A DNA stretch of 64,000 nucleotides from Lama guanicoe (lineage: Eukaryota). A program made the translations under genes and the position numbers. A model generated the notes under the pieces. The model was not told the origin of the DNA, made no database searches, and saw nothing but the letters and a program-made list of their open reading frames with translations. Shown one piece after another: positions 11,926 through 26,399 of this stretch (the first letter of the stretch is position 1; each line of letters opens with the position of its first letter). The stretch is from positions 248,001-312,000 of the forward strand of contig MU054220.1 of the NCBI GenBank assembly GCA_013239625.1, written 5' to 3'.

Positions 11926-14900
11926 TGTTCTGAACCCAGTAGGATATTTAATACATTTTCAAATGCTGGTACAAGCTTATGATTTTTCATCAGATTATTT
12001 TGTAAGTAATCACGTTCTATTAGTAGTCAAGTACATATTTCCAACTGGGTGTAAACTAACTTACCAAACTTATATAAAACTATGGAACTGTCTTCTAATC
12101 ATTCTCTATTTCCATCAGGTTCTCAAAAATAGAATTTATCTGTAAAGGAAACTTGGTTAAAGAAGAAAAGGATTAAGTATTTAGAGACAAAATCACAGCA
12201 TCACATGGCTGGAGCCATATGAAGGATTTGTAATTGTCCATATATTTTTTCTCTATGCCTTCTTTTTCACCACTCACAATTTAAGAGATTGAACTAGATC
12301 ACCTATGTCTAGAATGTTTTAAAGTTAATATAGTTTTCCATTTTAATTTATTGACTTGTTTCCTGGGGAGACATGTGAATCACATTTCAGGAACATACTT
12401 TCAATTGCAACTGTAAACACCATACCTTTTGTTTTCTTTATCTGCCCTTCCTATTCATGTAAATTTATTAAATAATAAGTGTGAATTTGTACAAACATAA
12501 GTTGTCAAGAAAACCACTGTCTGGTTAGAATGCACCAATTACAATAGCCCTCCTTCCACTCTCTTCTTTTCTTCTCGAAAATTCCCCATTCTTCTCTCAC
12601 CTTATGTCTCCCAGACTCACACAGCCGCACAAAGCCACATGCACAGACATTCAGCTACTGCAGTTGAATCAGTGCGTAGTTCCAAAGCAGATGGATCAGT
12701 GTTTAATGGATGAATCTGACACATATTCTTCACAATAGACTCATGGATTTACTGCTTACAGAAATCTTATCAATTGACAATAATAATCAATTAATATGTA
12801 TCTTAATGTTAAAGCTAAGCATTAATGTGGAGGTAGATAGGGAGTTGGCTTAGTAGAACCCTGGAGGAAACTTGAAAGGGGACCAGGGCTTACCAAGGAG
12901 ACAGCCCATACTTAGTGTTTGGGAAGAACTGCCCCATGATCCTTCCCTTGCACTTGCTGCTCAAGTTGCACACGAAAGCAGCTGTGATGTTTGGGTCATC
13001 TGTGATGTTGCAAAGCAGACCTTCCTTATGACCTGTCACAGGAAGTCATCTAGTTCCAACATCCATTGCCCTCAGTGTTCCCTGTAGTTGACCCTGGGCA
13101 GAGGAATGGTCATGAAGTCACCCGCGTTATCTGTGTGCCCCTGGGCCGTGCTCTCAGCCCACAGGTCCACTTGGCTATCTGGCCCTGGAGGCCCTGTGGC
13201 CGACTGATCAGGCTGTTCTCAGAGATGATTTACCTGCCTTCCCCCCCACCAGCAAGCGGGCTGCTCGTTGGCTGGACTCTTTCTGTTTTCCCTGTCCTGG
13301 GTATGTAGTGGAATCAAGTACAGAACCAAGATATTTCAGTAGTAAGTACTAACATTCTATTCCTTCCATTAAATGCTTTAACTTCTAGTAAAACTTAGGA
13401 ACAGAAACAATGTTTGGGAGATTAAATCCAGTTATTCTGAGATTCGGGTTTTAGACAACAATTTTTTGAGCCTGTTATCTGATCTCTAATTCTACTCTCG
13501 TACGTTTAATTACTCACATTTACAAAGCCTACAAATATTTCCAACTTTGTGAACTATATCACTTAATGAACTTGGTTAATTTCAATCCATTGTATATGTA
13601 CTTATGTTAATAGAGATTATTTAACCTATAATTGCTTATAAATGTATTTTTAAATAATCATATTTTCTTGCTTATTTTTCAAAGCATTTATGTAAAAACA
13701 TGTTCAAAATATTCTTTATTTCCTTTAAATAAAAAAATTTAAGTTGCAAAAGCATTGAGATTTCTAGTTGTTGTACTGACTTTGATTTTATCATTCTCTT
13801 CTTTCTATAGAATCTGACAGTATTTATTACACCCTTCCTTATGAATGTCATGTTCCTTTTGCCTCTTTGCTACCTGCATTGCTTTCTCTTTTCCTAATGT
13901 TCCTAGTCCTTAATTTCAGCTAAATGTTTAATGTTACCACCTTCCCCAAATATACAGTTATCAGTCAACGCGTTGCCTAGTCAAGGTTTTTTGAACAGTT
14001 TATTTATTAAAATTAATGAAGGAAGTTTGAAATATCTGCCTTTATGCTCTGTTTTTGTCAATATCCATCAGCGATTTGGTGAGATCAGAGACTGACTTAC
14101 AAAACCTGTGCATGTCGAAAAGTTGGAAAAGTAGCAAACAAGTTGGAAGAATGAAAGAATCAATATTCAAGAATCACGAGGATCCAAATCAACAACAAAA
14201 AGTGGTATATTACTAATATAGAGAGCCCTGCATTTAGGTCTAATGAGGAAACAGTTTTATGTTAATGTATAAAAATCTTTTATTTAGTTAGTTAAATAGA
14301 AACTAATATGCATAGAATTAATTTTCTTTTGTCTATTTAAAATGGGAAGTTTTACGTTTTCTAAACAAAGTTAGGTAAAGGGTAGCTGTGAGATTAAGTG
14401 AGCGATAATACCTTTTTACTTCACACTGCTCAAGTAAATCAAACATAGCATATTAACTCAAAATTGTGTTTCAGTAGACAGAGATAAACAATATTATGTC
14501 AAGAAAGTAAAACCCAAATGTCAAGTATATGGGAAAAACTCAAATATAAAGTAGTTGAATTGATTAAAGAATACACAATCTGTAGAAAAGGAACACACAG
14601 AGAATGAAATATACAGATTTATTGAAACACATAGGTTTATAGAAACAATTTCAAGATAGTTTTATAGAAAATGTATGAAATGTATCACATAGAATGTATG
14701 GCTTCAGAAAGCAGAAATGTGGTCATTAGCTGCTAAACTTATATATAATTTACTGCTTTGGCTGAGAAATTGATATGTGCTATCTTTAAGGGTCCCTTTA
14801 AATTTCTGTGATTTTCCTCCTACTGTGAAAACTTTGCATGTACCTACATTCCATCCTTATATCTCAGAATAAGTTTTGGGATGTTTCAGTCTCTTAATAA

Positions 14901-16179
14901 AAATTATTACCCCCAGATGTGTTACTAAAGAGGGAAGTGATGAACTTCAGCCATGGAATTCCAAGGTTTTGCAAACAGGAGGTCAAACTGCTGAAGAGCT
15001 ATATCAAACAACAACTTTCAGAATTCGGTTCCAAATCCTCAACCACCTGAAATTGTAAGATCATTTTAACCTCTTGCTGTAAAACAAATAAACTTATAAA
15101 ATATAATTCATGAGCCATGTTTGTGTTGAGTGTGTGTCTGATTCATTAACACACTAGTAAAAGAAAACAGCATGATGAAAAGAATGTACATGCTTGGAGA
15201 GAATATGGAAGAACAAAGTTTACTAAGCTGCAAAACCGAATGAGCATCCCTGAAAACATGTGCAGTACAAGCTGAGGTTTTATTTTACGTGTCATAGACT
15301 ATGGTGCCCAGATCACGTGTTACAGAGGAGGGCTTAGTGAGAGCTAGTCAAAAGGAAGAAGCAAAACATTTAAAGAGCAAATGCTGAAGACATTTCTACG
15401 GCTGTGAGTAGTGACATAACTTTATCCTCCGATCGTAGAGCCCAACAGAGAACTAACTTAGGCTCACAGAACAGTGCTAACAGAGTCAGAAGCAGAGTGA
15501 CAAGAAGCAAGTTTTAATTTTAAATTGGTCCATTGCCGGTGATTTTTCTCCCCAAAATAAAACTGCTACTGTGTTGTTTTCCTATTTCTTAATTTTAACC
15601 TTTTCCTTGAAAAATGCATACTTATTACATTTTCCCCAATGAGAAGGCCAATAACTTCATATGAAACTCATATGAAGTGATTATTTACTATTGTTCTGTT
15701 CAAAGAAGCATGGTATATTTGATATGAGGAATAAAATCAAACATGGGATTTTAAAGACACTGGCCTGCAGGAGAGAGCGTTATTACTAATGTGTGAGTCA
15801 CTGAGATCAGACTTTGTACAACAGATTATTTCCTGCACACATCTCTCAGACATCTTGGGGTCTGTCCCTTTCTCAATTTCACTTTCTTTTATTTAAAGTG
15901 TAGTCTGTGATTCCCTTCTCTTCATCTTCTTTGTCAATGACAGCATTGCCCCTGTCAGGGATCTTTATGGGCTGACTAAACCCACCCCTTGTTGGATGCA
16001 GATTGAGTTTTGACATTGCACGGATGGATCTGCAAAGAGAGGAACAGCCCACCACCAGCAAGGGTGTGCTGCATGACGCTGCTTATTTTGAGAGCTGTAA
16101 TTTACAAGCTGTGCAGTAATTTACATCCAACTACATTGGGCTTACTTCTGCATCAAGCAATGTAAAACACCATTAGAGC

Positions 16180-17365
16180 TAAGAAATTTCAAGCAAGAAG
16201 AGCAAATCTGGAGGCATCACACTTCCTGATGTTGATCTATATTGCAAAGCTGCAGTTATTGAGACAGTATGGTACTCACATACACATAGACATATAGACA
16301 AACGGAACCAATTTGAGAGCCCAGAAATAAACATACACACATGCCATCAACTAATATTTGACAAGGGAGCGAAGAACACTCAATGGGGAAAGGACAGCTT
16401 TTTAATAAATAGGACTCGGAAAATTGCATATCCATGTTCAAAAGAATGAAATCAGACACTGATCTTACAGCATACACAAAAATCAACTTAAATTAATTAA
16501 GTACACTGCCTGAAACCATTAAACACTTAGAAGTAATTGTAAGGGAAGAGTTTCTTGGCACTGGTCTTGGCAATGATTTATTGGATCTGAACCAAAAATA
16601 CAAGCAAAAAAGCACAAGTAAACAACTGCAACTGCATCAAAGTAAAAATCTTCTGCACCACAAAGGAAACAATCAAAAAAATTAAAAGGCTACCTATAAA
16701 ATGGGAAATATATGTTCTCAAACCATAAATCCTATAAGTAGCTAATATCCAAAATATGTCATAAAACTCAATAGCAAAAAAATAAATTGAAAAAAAGATT
16801 AAAATTTGGCAAGACTTGAATAGACATTTTTTCCAAAGAAAGCAAGCTAAGTGTCCATCAACATATGAATGGATAAAAATAAATGGTAAAATATACACAC
16901 ATACATATAATGGAATATTATTCAGCTATAAAAGACAATGAAATTTTGCCATTTGCAATGACATAGATGGACCTGGGCAGATATTATACTTAAAGAAATA
17001 AATCAGCCAGAGAAAGATAAACGTTATATGTTATGTTTTACATCTGAAATCTAAAAATTCAAACAAATGAACAAATACAACAAAACAGAAATAGATTCAG
17101 AGATACAGAGAGCAAATGAGTGGTTACAAGATGGGGAAAGGGGTGTGGAGTGGGGCAAGCTAGGGGTATGGGATTTAGAGGAACAAACTAATAGTTACAA
17201 AATTTAAAAAGTGACAAAGATATAGTGTACAGCACTAGGAATGTAGTCACTATTTTATAAAAACTATATGGAGTGTAATCTATAAAAGTATCAAATTACT
17301 ATGTTGTACACTTAAAATTAATATAAAATTGTAAATCTACTATATTTAAAATTAACAAAAAAGAA
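16180..17365 (+). mobile_element. 5'-truncated L1 with an internal deletion near 16840
   Basis: ctggaggcatcacacttcctga..., tttgacaagggagcgaagaacactcaatggggaaaggacag, followed by an L1 3' UTR ending in an A-rich tail. Confidence 0.9.
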
Positions 17366-19164
17366 TATATTTGGGCACAATCTCTGCTGAAATCCTGTGA
17401 CCGCTTCTCACAATATGTATATTACTTCAGCCCTGATCCTGGTCACTATCGTCTCCTGCAACCACATGCTAGCTGGTCTCCCTACTTCCAAGCTCTCTGC
17501 CCTGCACTGAAGTGTATCGTGTTCTTACTTCATACCACCTTTCAGACATTTTATTCACTATCAGCAATAGAAGAGAACACAGTAGATAAGGTTACTGATT
17601 TGGAAAGATTCAATGATGCAGGTGTAATCTTGAGTCCCTACAAAGCCCCAAAGTGTTCTACATAGATGGCGCCATGCTTGGAGCCGAATATGCATCAGTA
17701 AATAAGACCAATGCACTAGAGTCAAGTAATTCATGACAAGAGAGAAAGTCAGATTATGGAATGTATTGTAAAGCATGATATAATGAAAGTCAAGCTAGAA
17801 GTTAAATACAAGAGCATTATAGCAAAAAAAAAAAAAAAACCAACACATTGAATTTATTGACAGGATAATGGGTTATGGCTCCTTTTCATAGAATGTGATG
17901 TACCAGCTCCAGCTAAGAGGTGAACAGGTGCGGGGTAGTCACGCAATGTGTTCGATTTATAGGATACAAAGTTTTCTGTGCTCCCTGAAGTGCATGTCAC
18001 AGCACTTGATGGGTCCAGATTTACTGAATATTTCAATAAATAAATTGAGAAAGACTGAATGCATGAATTAATTACATAGCTCACCAAAGATTCACAGCAA
18101 CAATAAAAATTTGCATTATACTCTCTCTCTTATTAGCTTTAAAGCCCAGATGTCACTTTTCCATCCTGACCTACTTACTATAGATCACGTCAAACTTAGT
18201 GTACTGTCTCGTCTTGTTCAAATTCATTTTCTTCTTATGTATGTACCTATAACTAAAGATAAATTCTAGACATGGCGTGAACAGAGGACCTTAACTCATA
18301 AACAAACTAGAGGAAGCATGAACACCAGATAGATAATTTTCAAGTTACATTCTTTGAGGTTAAAAATAGTATTTTAATCATTTCAAATGCAGTAGCCACT
18401 GTTGGCATATGTAGATATGCATCAACTTTAAGACTGTGAGTGTCGTGTGCAGCCCTTCCCAGTAAGGGAATTGCTCTGGTCTCCAGAGGTGGAGAGGATG
18501 GGGAGACTGGTGAAGAGGAGTGGCCAGGGGGCCAGCGGTCCTCAGACCATATTCCACAGAGGGAGAAAATTCAGTGCAGCACTAACCCAGCCAGGGACAG
18601 CCGTGGTTATTTTCTGAGTTACCACTTGATAGACAGTTTTTTGAGTTTAAAAGTATAGCATGTCAGGGAAAGACGATGTCTCTACAATGAATATGGGGGT
18701 ATTTTCTACGTAAGGTGCACTGATTCATTTAAGTTAAGTATGGGTGTCAAGAAAAAAATATGAATGACTGAATTTGTCACTTGAATAATTTAAACCAGAC
18801 ATTTATATTATAAAAGACCATATTTTCTGTCAAAGAGCAGCACATAGTGATTTCTCCATAAGAGAAAAAGGTAAGCAGTTATAATTTTACCCCAGTTATT
18901 TTATTATAGTGTGTTAACCCAAAAATCAAAAGACATAAAAATGACTTTCTTCTAATATGATTCTTTTATGAGATAAATCTTCTGAACTTGAAATATACAA
19001 ACTATAACTACAAGTAATCATTCATTTACTTTTATAACAGAAAATTAAATATTCAATAGGCATGAAAGCAACTTGCTGTTGTGAAAAGTTTTATAACACT
19101 TGGTTTTATTTCTGTTATTGAGAATGTTAAGTTCAAAATAATATTTCCAATTAAGCCTGCTGAG

Positions 19165-19400
19165 TTTTGATTAAGAACATGGATACTGGTATTACACTGC
19201 TGAGTCTGAAGTTACCAAAGTCACATACTAGCTTCTTGACACTGGGCAGGTTACTTAACCTCTCTATGCCTCTGGTTCTTTATGAAAATGTGAATAATAA
19301 CAGTACCTACTTCATTCAGAATGCAATAAATGTGATCATATGGGTAAAATCATTAACACAGTAGGTAGCACATAATATGTTTAAACATTGTTAACGGTAA
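19165..19400 (+). mobile_element. MIR SINE remnant
   Basis: ctgggcaggttacttaacctctctatgcctc...aataataacagtacctacttca. Confidence 0.75.
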
Positions 19401-19974
19401 AAAAGCAGTTTCAAATCATCAGACCTCTCTATTCTCCACGGCTACACTAGTTTCTGCTAAAATAGAGAAATTGCAAAAGGAGGAACTTAAGTTTCCATGT
19501 TTGGAACTGCCAGAGTCCCATTACTTGTTAATGGTGGAAGTAGAGCAACCAGAAACGAAAATAATCTAAGAAGATCATCTCCGGGGAAGCTGTCAGACAT
19601 TAAACAGGCTTTCATTTCGCTTGCATTTCTATCATAGAGTCTATTTGTCTTATGTGTTCAAAGTACAACTATAAGAGACTGGCACAGATGAGACAGAAAA
19701 AGAAGAAAATTGAAAACTAAAAGCCCAGTAACTTAAAGTGTTTCCCCCCTAGATTTTGCTGCTGGTTGAGACCCAGCAGCATAAAGAGGTCTCCTAAATT
19801 TAACTCAGCATTCTGCTACCTCTATGTTCTTCCCTCTCCTAGATTAAGAAAAGGCTACTTCAGAACAGGATAAAAGACAGCAAAGTTCCAAAAGAGAAAA
19901 AAAAAGGTATCTGTTAAAATACTATCAGTAGGATAATGATCATAATGAGAACGCCTTATAGAGCTACAAGATTT

Positions 19975-20485
19975 GTTTTTTTTTTATTTATTTTTTAAAT
20001 TGAAGTATAGTCAGTTTACAATGTTGTGTCAATTTCTGGAATACAGCATAATGTTTCACTCATACATATACATACATATATTTGTTTTCATGTTCTTTTT
20101 CATTATAGGTTACTGCAAGATACTGAATATAGTTCCCTGTGCTATACAGAAGAAACTTGTTTATCTATTTTATATGTAGTAGCTAGTATCTGCAAATCTC
20201 AGACCCCAGTTCATCTCTTCCCACCCAGTTCCCCCACCACCATAACCATTTTCTATGTCTGTGAGTCTGTTTCTGTTCTGTAAATAAGTTCATTAGTGTC
20301 TTTTTTTTTTGGATTCCACATATGAGTGATTTCATATGGCAATTTTCTTTCTCTTTCTGGTTTTCTTCACTTAGAATGACAATCTCCAGGTCCATCCATG
20401 ATGCTGTAAAATGGCGAGATTTTACTCTTAACTTTATGGCTCAGTAGTATTGACTGGATAAAGAAGTTGGGGTGTATTTATACAA
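19975..20485 (-). mobile_element. Lineage-specific L1 3' end with a short 5' inversion
   Basis: Poly-T followed by an antisense L1 3' UTR (ttgaagtatagtcagtttacaatgttgtgtcaatttctgg...). Segment 20452-20485 is L1 in the opposite orientation. Confidence 0.85.
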
Positions 20486-22570
20486 CCACCTATTTTAAAT
20501 CAAGCAGTTAACATAGATGGTGCTACTTTGCAAAACAGCTCCCTGCTTACATCTTGTTACTGCATATATTTTCAAATAAGCAAAATTAAGCTCTGATAAT
20601 TTAAATAAGTACATTTCTAGTTTTCATTTTAAGTCACTCAGTGTCAAGATTTTTGGTCAGTGAATACTTGAATCAAGTTAAATGGAACATAATTGTTGAG
20701 ATTAGTGGAAAATCTACCTTGATGAAGTGACCTGTCAGGAAATACTCATAAGCCACGCCCTCATGTAAGCACCTGGCTAGTCTTTGGTATATAAAACTGA
20801 GTAAGTATATGAGGGTATTTTTTTTCCCTAGAAAATGTTGTATTATCTTTTCTAAAAAGTAAAAATAACAGAATAATTCTGTGGTACCCTTAGATTAACT
20901 ACCACTTCCTTGAGTAATTATCTGCCACTCCGATAGCACTTTATGGTTATCTCTGCATAGATGCTGCACATTCTAGGCTACGACTTGACTCACCTGTCTG
21001 AAGTCACCACCCGTCACCACTTATCTCTGAGCTCTGTAATCATGGAAACCGACTCATTTATTTATCATTAATGTCCATAGTATTTAGTACACTTTTTATT
21101 TAACACACATGTAGTATTTATCCATCATAAACTACAAAATATATGATAGAATATACGTTGATTTACTGCCTGATATGTGCATTCAAACTTCTGTCAGTGA
21201 ACATTTAATTCCCCTTTTCTCCAGTTGGTTTTCATAAGATGTAAGTTCTGAAGAAAAATAAAGTGTATACACACATATAGATATAGAAATAGAAATAGCA
21301 TCTTAAAATTCAAAAGATATAAAATGCAAAGATAACTACCAAAATGTGAAAAGAAGAGGAAAAAAAGAGAGAGAGAGAGAGAGAGAGAAGAGACCAAGAA
21401 TACACAAGGGTCTCTAGAGATCACCAGAGAAGACTTCGAGGCGCAAATCGTGTCTGTGTTGGAGCCACATATTATTTGAACCCAAATGTCTCAGGTCCTT
21501 GGTCCCTTCTCTTGACATTTCTGAGCTGCAAGCGGGGGTGAGTCAGAAGGGAGTTTTTGCCTTGAGCGTGTGCTGTGAAAATTTAGACAGTGAATTAAAC
21601 AGAATTCACTGAAAGAATAAGGGAGGAGTTTGAGATCAGTGAGAACTAGGAAACTTGAAATAGAAATTAAGTGTTTCAGTTGTTTGGTTTTTGTGAGAAG
21701 GAAGGGGAACTGGGAGGACTTCAAAGAAGAGAGGGGAGTTGTATTCTGCAGGACGTGAAGGATGTGGGAAATGAAGGACAAAGTAGGAAATTTATGACAA
21801 TGTGGGTTTAAGAATATGTGGCAATCTGTTAAAAAGGTCATAGTTTATTGTTAATGATGGCTGGATGGAAATCACAAAAAGTGATGTCTAGGAACCAGTA
21901 TGGTGGAAGAAAGACTAAACTTGTTTGGTCCAAAAATGCTTAATTATTGAAGGAACTGATGCGATTAAGGCTACACTGCATTTAACACTGTGCTTTCGGA
22001 GAGTTATTCACATACAGATATTTAGTGTATATATATATATATATATATAACACATTCACAACGTATTATATATGTCTAATATAATATATATTCAGAAATT
22101 CATGTTTAAAGGTAAAAAATCTACGGAAATGTAAATCTTACATTTTGTCTGGTGTCAGTTGTGTGAACTCTGAGATCACACTCTCTTACACATTTTTATT
22201 TCCCTTTTTCTTATTTAATTACCCCAAAAGTCTGTAAATGCATTTAAATACTCCTAAAGTCCTAAAATTTGATAAATAAGTATATAGATCATTAAGATTG
22301 TTGAGGGCCATGGTAGGGACGAAAAATGTTATGATAATTCTTATTCAAATTATTTCCTATTTGAAATTTCTAAATATATGACTTGCTAAGATGTTTTATT
22401 CCTAATGTAAATTTCTATATATGCTACATGGAATGTTTTTCTATGATGGAGGCAGGAAAATCCTTCTTATTTTTCTGATCAGTGTCTAAGTCTTTTTCAC
22501 ACAGTGAGTGGTCCAGGGTCTCCTGAGCTGGGCCTGGCAGCTGAATCTTACTGACCACCCTGCCCTTTGG

Positions 22571-22596
22571 TTCCCTGAGATGCAGCTCCCAGGGGA
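22571..22596. promoter_or_regulatory. O/E (Ebf) binding-site match upstream of the OR at 23050
   Basis: TCCCAGGGGA at 22587-22596 fits TCCCNNGGGA exactly, about 450 bp upstream of the ATG. TCCCTGAGA lies just before it. Confidence 0.4.
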
Positions 22597-23049
22597 GATG
22601 TCAAATCAAGAGTGAAAGGATAACATAGAGGTGATAAATTAGAAGGTGCTAAACAGAAAAAATACAAATAAAAACAAATAGAGACTAAATTTATCAGGAA
22701 TGAGAAACACTGAGAACGTCTTGTTACCCAGATTACTTCTCATCCTCACAGTAGGCTACCTCCCGTGTTTTGCCCTTATTTTACTGTTGTTTGTTCTGCT
22801 GTGTTAATTTAAACGTCCATCATCTTTAATATGAGCAGAATAAATAGAGCTTAAGATTACATTCTGCTTTTATGGTGTGGAATTTTAGAGAATTGGGTTT
22901 CAAATATATTACCAAAAATACAAAACAAATAAATGAAAAAATGTGGATATCTATCTTATCTCAATGGATTGGAAATCATTGATTTATTATGTCCCATTTT
23001 GCTGCTGGGCCCAGCAAATTGAAGTGACTTCTAAATCTTTTATGCATAG

Positions 23050-24006
23050 ATGGGATCCAGAGGACAAAGTCCCCCACAGTGGAACCACACGACACTGGTG
23101 GAGTTCATCCTGCTGGGCTTCTCTGATGTTCCCGACCTCCAAGGATTTCTTTTTGGGCTGTTTTTGATCATCTACCTGATTATTCTGATGGGAAATATCC
23201 TCATTATCGTCATAATCAAGATTGACCCTTCCCTCCAGACCCCCATGTATTTTTTCCTTGGGAACTTTTCCTCCTTGGAAATATGCTATGTATCAGTCAC
23301 AGTCCCCAGATTATTAGTAGATCTCTGTAGGCAAAATAGAAGTATATCCTTCCTGGCCTGTGCTACCCAAATGTATTTCTTTCTGATGTTTGGAGCCACG
23401 GAGTGCTTTATTCTAACTGCGATGGCTTATGACAGGTATGTCGCCATCTGCCACCCGTTACTCTACCCCTTGGTCATGAACAGCAGGCTGTGTGTGCGAC
23501 TGGCAGCTGGCTGCTGGGGGAGCGGGATCCCTGTTCACATAGGGTTTACCTCCCAGGTCTTTTCTCTGCCCTTCTGCGCATCTAACCAGCTGAACCACTT
23601 CTTCTGTGACGTACCTCCAGTGCTCAAGCTTGCCTGTGGGGACACGTTTACGACTGAGATGCTGGTGTATGTGGTTGCCATTCTAGTGGTCACAGTTCCG
23701 TTCATGCTGATTCTTGGATCTTACGTGAACATAATCTCCACCATCCTGAGGCTGCCTTCAGCAACTGGGCGAGCCAAGGCTTTTTCTACCTGTTCTTCCC
23801 ACCTCACAGTTGTGGCTTTATTCTTCGGTTCAGGCATCATTACGTACATGAGACCAAAGTCCAGTCATTCAGTAGGAATGGACAAATTTCTCTCTCTCTT
23901 TTACACCATCGTCACCCCAATGTTCAACCCCATAATATATTGTCTGAGAAACAAAGATTTTATGGTGGCACTGAGAAAACTCCTACTGAAATGGTCTGTA
24001 CTATGA
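23050..24006 (+). CDS. Olfactory receptor 10AG1-like (318 aa, intact)
   Basis: Single-exon 7TM ORF with NHT sequon, [37 protein letters not shown] and PMFNPIIY. Confidence 0.95.
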   Translation: MGSRGQSPPQWNHTTLVEFILLGFSDVPDLQGFLFGLFLIIYLIILMGNILIIVIIKIDPSLQTPMYFFLGNFSSLEICYVSVTVPRLLVDLCRQNRSISFLACATQMYFFLMFGATECFILTAMAYDRYVAICHPLLYPLVMNSRLCVRLAAGCWGSGIPVHIGFTSQVFSLPFCASNQLNHFFCDVPPVLKLACGDTFTTEMLVYVVAILVVTVPFMLILGSYVNIISTILRLPSATGRAKAFSTCSSHLTVVALFFGSGIITYMRPKSSHSVGMDKFLSLFYTIVTPMFNPIIYCLRNKDFMVALRKLLLKWSVL

Positions 24007-24874
24007 CTCAAAAACATAACTTCATACATTTTCCTTCTTATTCATCACAGACTCCACACACCAATTTTGGAGGCCATGTTTTGGCAACCCTATCACTCTT
24101 CTTCTCTGGAGTCTAAGTAAACACCGTAAGGAAAGCACCGTTTTGCTGATATTTTCAGTGCTTCACCTCAGTCCTCAAAAAACATCTACTGCATAGTAAA
24201 GTTTCAAAAATTATTTTTTAAATATAGAACAACATGAATAAAAATGGATCTAGAGAGAGAAAAATGTTTATGTCAAAATAAAGGTAAAGACTTAAATCAT
24301 AGTTTTCCCCTTATTTCTTGGAGGTGGTGGTTATTTTAATAGATATGCTTTAACAATTGAACAGAAAGATTCATAAAATTCATAAAATCTATGTCTTGTT
24401 ATTGAAAAGGCACTGATCTTTTACACATCTCTATGTGTATAAATATGTAATATATAATATCTGACTTTATTGGTAAGAGAAAATGAAATAAGATTAAAAT
24501 AATGCATGTATATGAAGTCCTATATAACGCAAGCACACAATTATTACCACTAATGACATTAATGACAATAAGAGTTCATTTTTAATTAAACCCATCTAAA
24601 AAAATAAAGAAGAAAAACATGTAGTAGATGAAAACTTGGAAAGTATAACTGTATCCAAATGAGACAGATGAGAACTAGCCAAGCTTGTTCTAAAGAAACA
24701 GTGTATGAATAATTAATCTGGGATATCAAAAGGAAATTAAGCAATATGTTCCTGAAGTAACTCCAAATTCAGGACATAGAGTGCAGCATTCCTGTCCAAA
24801 AAGAATTAATCAGTGAGTGTTGGAGGCACACATAATATAATCACACATAACTAAGATCTGGAATAACAGAGCCT

Positions 24875-24930
24875 AATTCTCTGAATTTATTTTCAATGAA
24901 AAAATTCTCTGAATATATTTTCAATGAAAA
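24875..24930. repeat. 28-bp tandem duplication (2 copies, 1 mismatch)
   Basis: aattctctgaatttattttcaatgaaaa / aattctctgaatatattttcaatgaaaa. Confidence 0.85.
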
Positions 24931-26399
24931 AATTCATTAAGAAGAGGAAAAGATTACATGTGTTGCAAATTAATTTCCTAAAAGTATCAGCACTCCAACT
25001 TTGTCTCCTGTAAAAGTCCACAAATGGATCCAGGAAGGATGTGTGAGTGAATAATAGAGAACTCCTCACAGGTGTCTGTGTTGCTACTTCTTGTAGACCA
25101 GTAAGGGAGATCACTAGCAGTTAATGTTATTTCTCCAAAATGTCAGTTCCAATGAGAAACGTTACAATGCTTGTTTCCAGTTGCCATTTCTACATCAATG
25201 ACAATGTTTCCTATTTATCCAATTGTGGATTCATTACTTGATATGTTATCAAGATAGTGGTTATCAAGTAACAACAGAAGAAAATACTTTGTAGTTTGCT
25301 TAAATTCTAGCTTAACTTCTCTACTTTTTTTTTCTAAAAAGATAAACTGATTAAAATTATCTTGTGCCATAAATCAATTCACTTAGCACGAATTCAATCT
25401 TATATTAGTACTTACCTATGGTGCTACAGTGGGCAAAAAGAATAACATATCAAAAATCCCTGGACAAAATCACACACACACACACAAACACATGCACAAA
25501 TAATATTACATGACAAAGAATGTTCAGATGATAAGTGTTGTTATGTTGGACAGAGATCATCAGGCTGTTAAAATACTTGGTATAGGCTTCAACAAGCAGG
25601 GGGGTCTGCAATGGTTATACTTAAAGTGGACAGTAGGAAATATTTTAGACTTTTGTGATAATGTTACATAGGTACTTAAAGACCAATGTGAATTATAATC
25701 TTTTAAAATTATAACTGCTGTAAAACAATTCATAGTTGGCTGGGGCTCCGTCAAAAAAAAGAAAAAAGAAAAAAGAAACAAACACCTAGCAGGTAAACAA
25801 ATGGGAAAAGCAATATGAACAGTAGTCTGTATTTTTTATGCTCAAAAAGGTAAATAGTCCACATAGGTGAGATAATAGAGAGAACGACAAAAATGAAGTA
25901 ACAAAGTAATGACTGAGAAATACATTAGCCATGTATGTATAGACATGTGAAATGGACAACATTCTTCCCATGAATATGCTGGCTCTATGCCTGAGACAAT
26001 GTCCTGGTCAAAGTGCAGATAACTGGAAACAAAGAAGAGCACAGATGTATCGCTGGGCTGAGGAGGCAGCGATCAGCATTCGAGACAATGGAGGAGCCCA
26101 GGATCTGTCACAGGGCATGGAGGATGAGGGACTAGATGGTGCTGGGGACAGACAGACCTGAATCAAGTGTTCCTGGGAGGCTCTGGAAGACAATGGGATA
26201 TGGATGGGCTGGAGGAGGCTACAGAAGGCTTTTAGGAAAGTGACTGCCATGTAGTTGGGGGAGAAATGGAGAAACTAGGGATAAAGCTTAGCTTAGAGAC
26301 ACTGGAGTTGCATCCCAGCCAGAACTTTTAACACCTGAATGTATTTCAAGCAGCATTTAAGATACAGAACTGCTAGTGCTTTGGAGTAAGACCTGTTCC

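Noticed and set aside
15879..16061. 60-aa minus-strand ORF ending EDEEKGITDYTLNKRK
   Set aside because: It has no ATG start, no recognisable family, and no poly-A or TSD. It cannot be supported without blastx.
18440..18660. GC-richer block that might be a promoter or exon for the OR at 23050
   Set aside because: Motif matches are weak, and it could equally be an LTR fragment.
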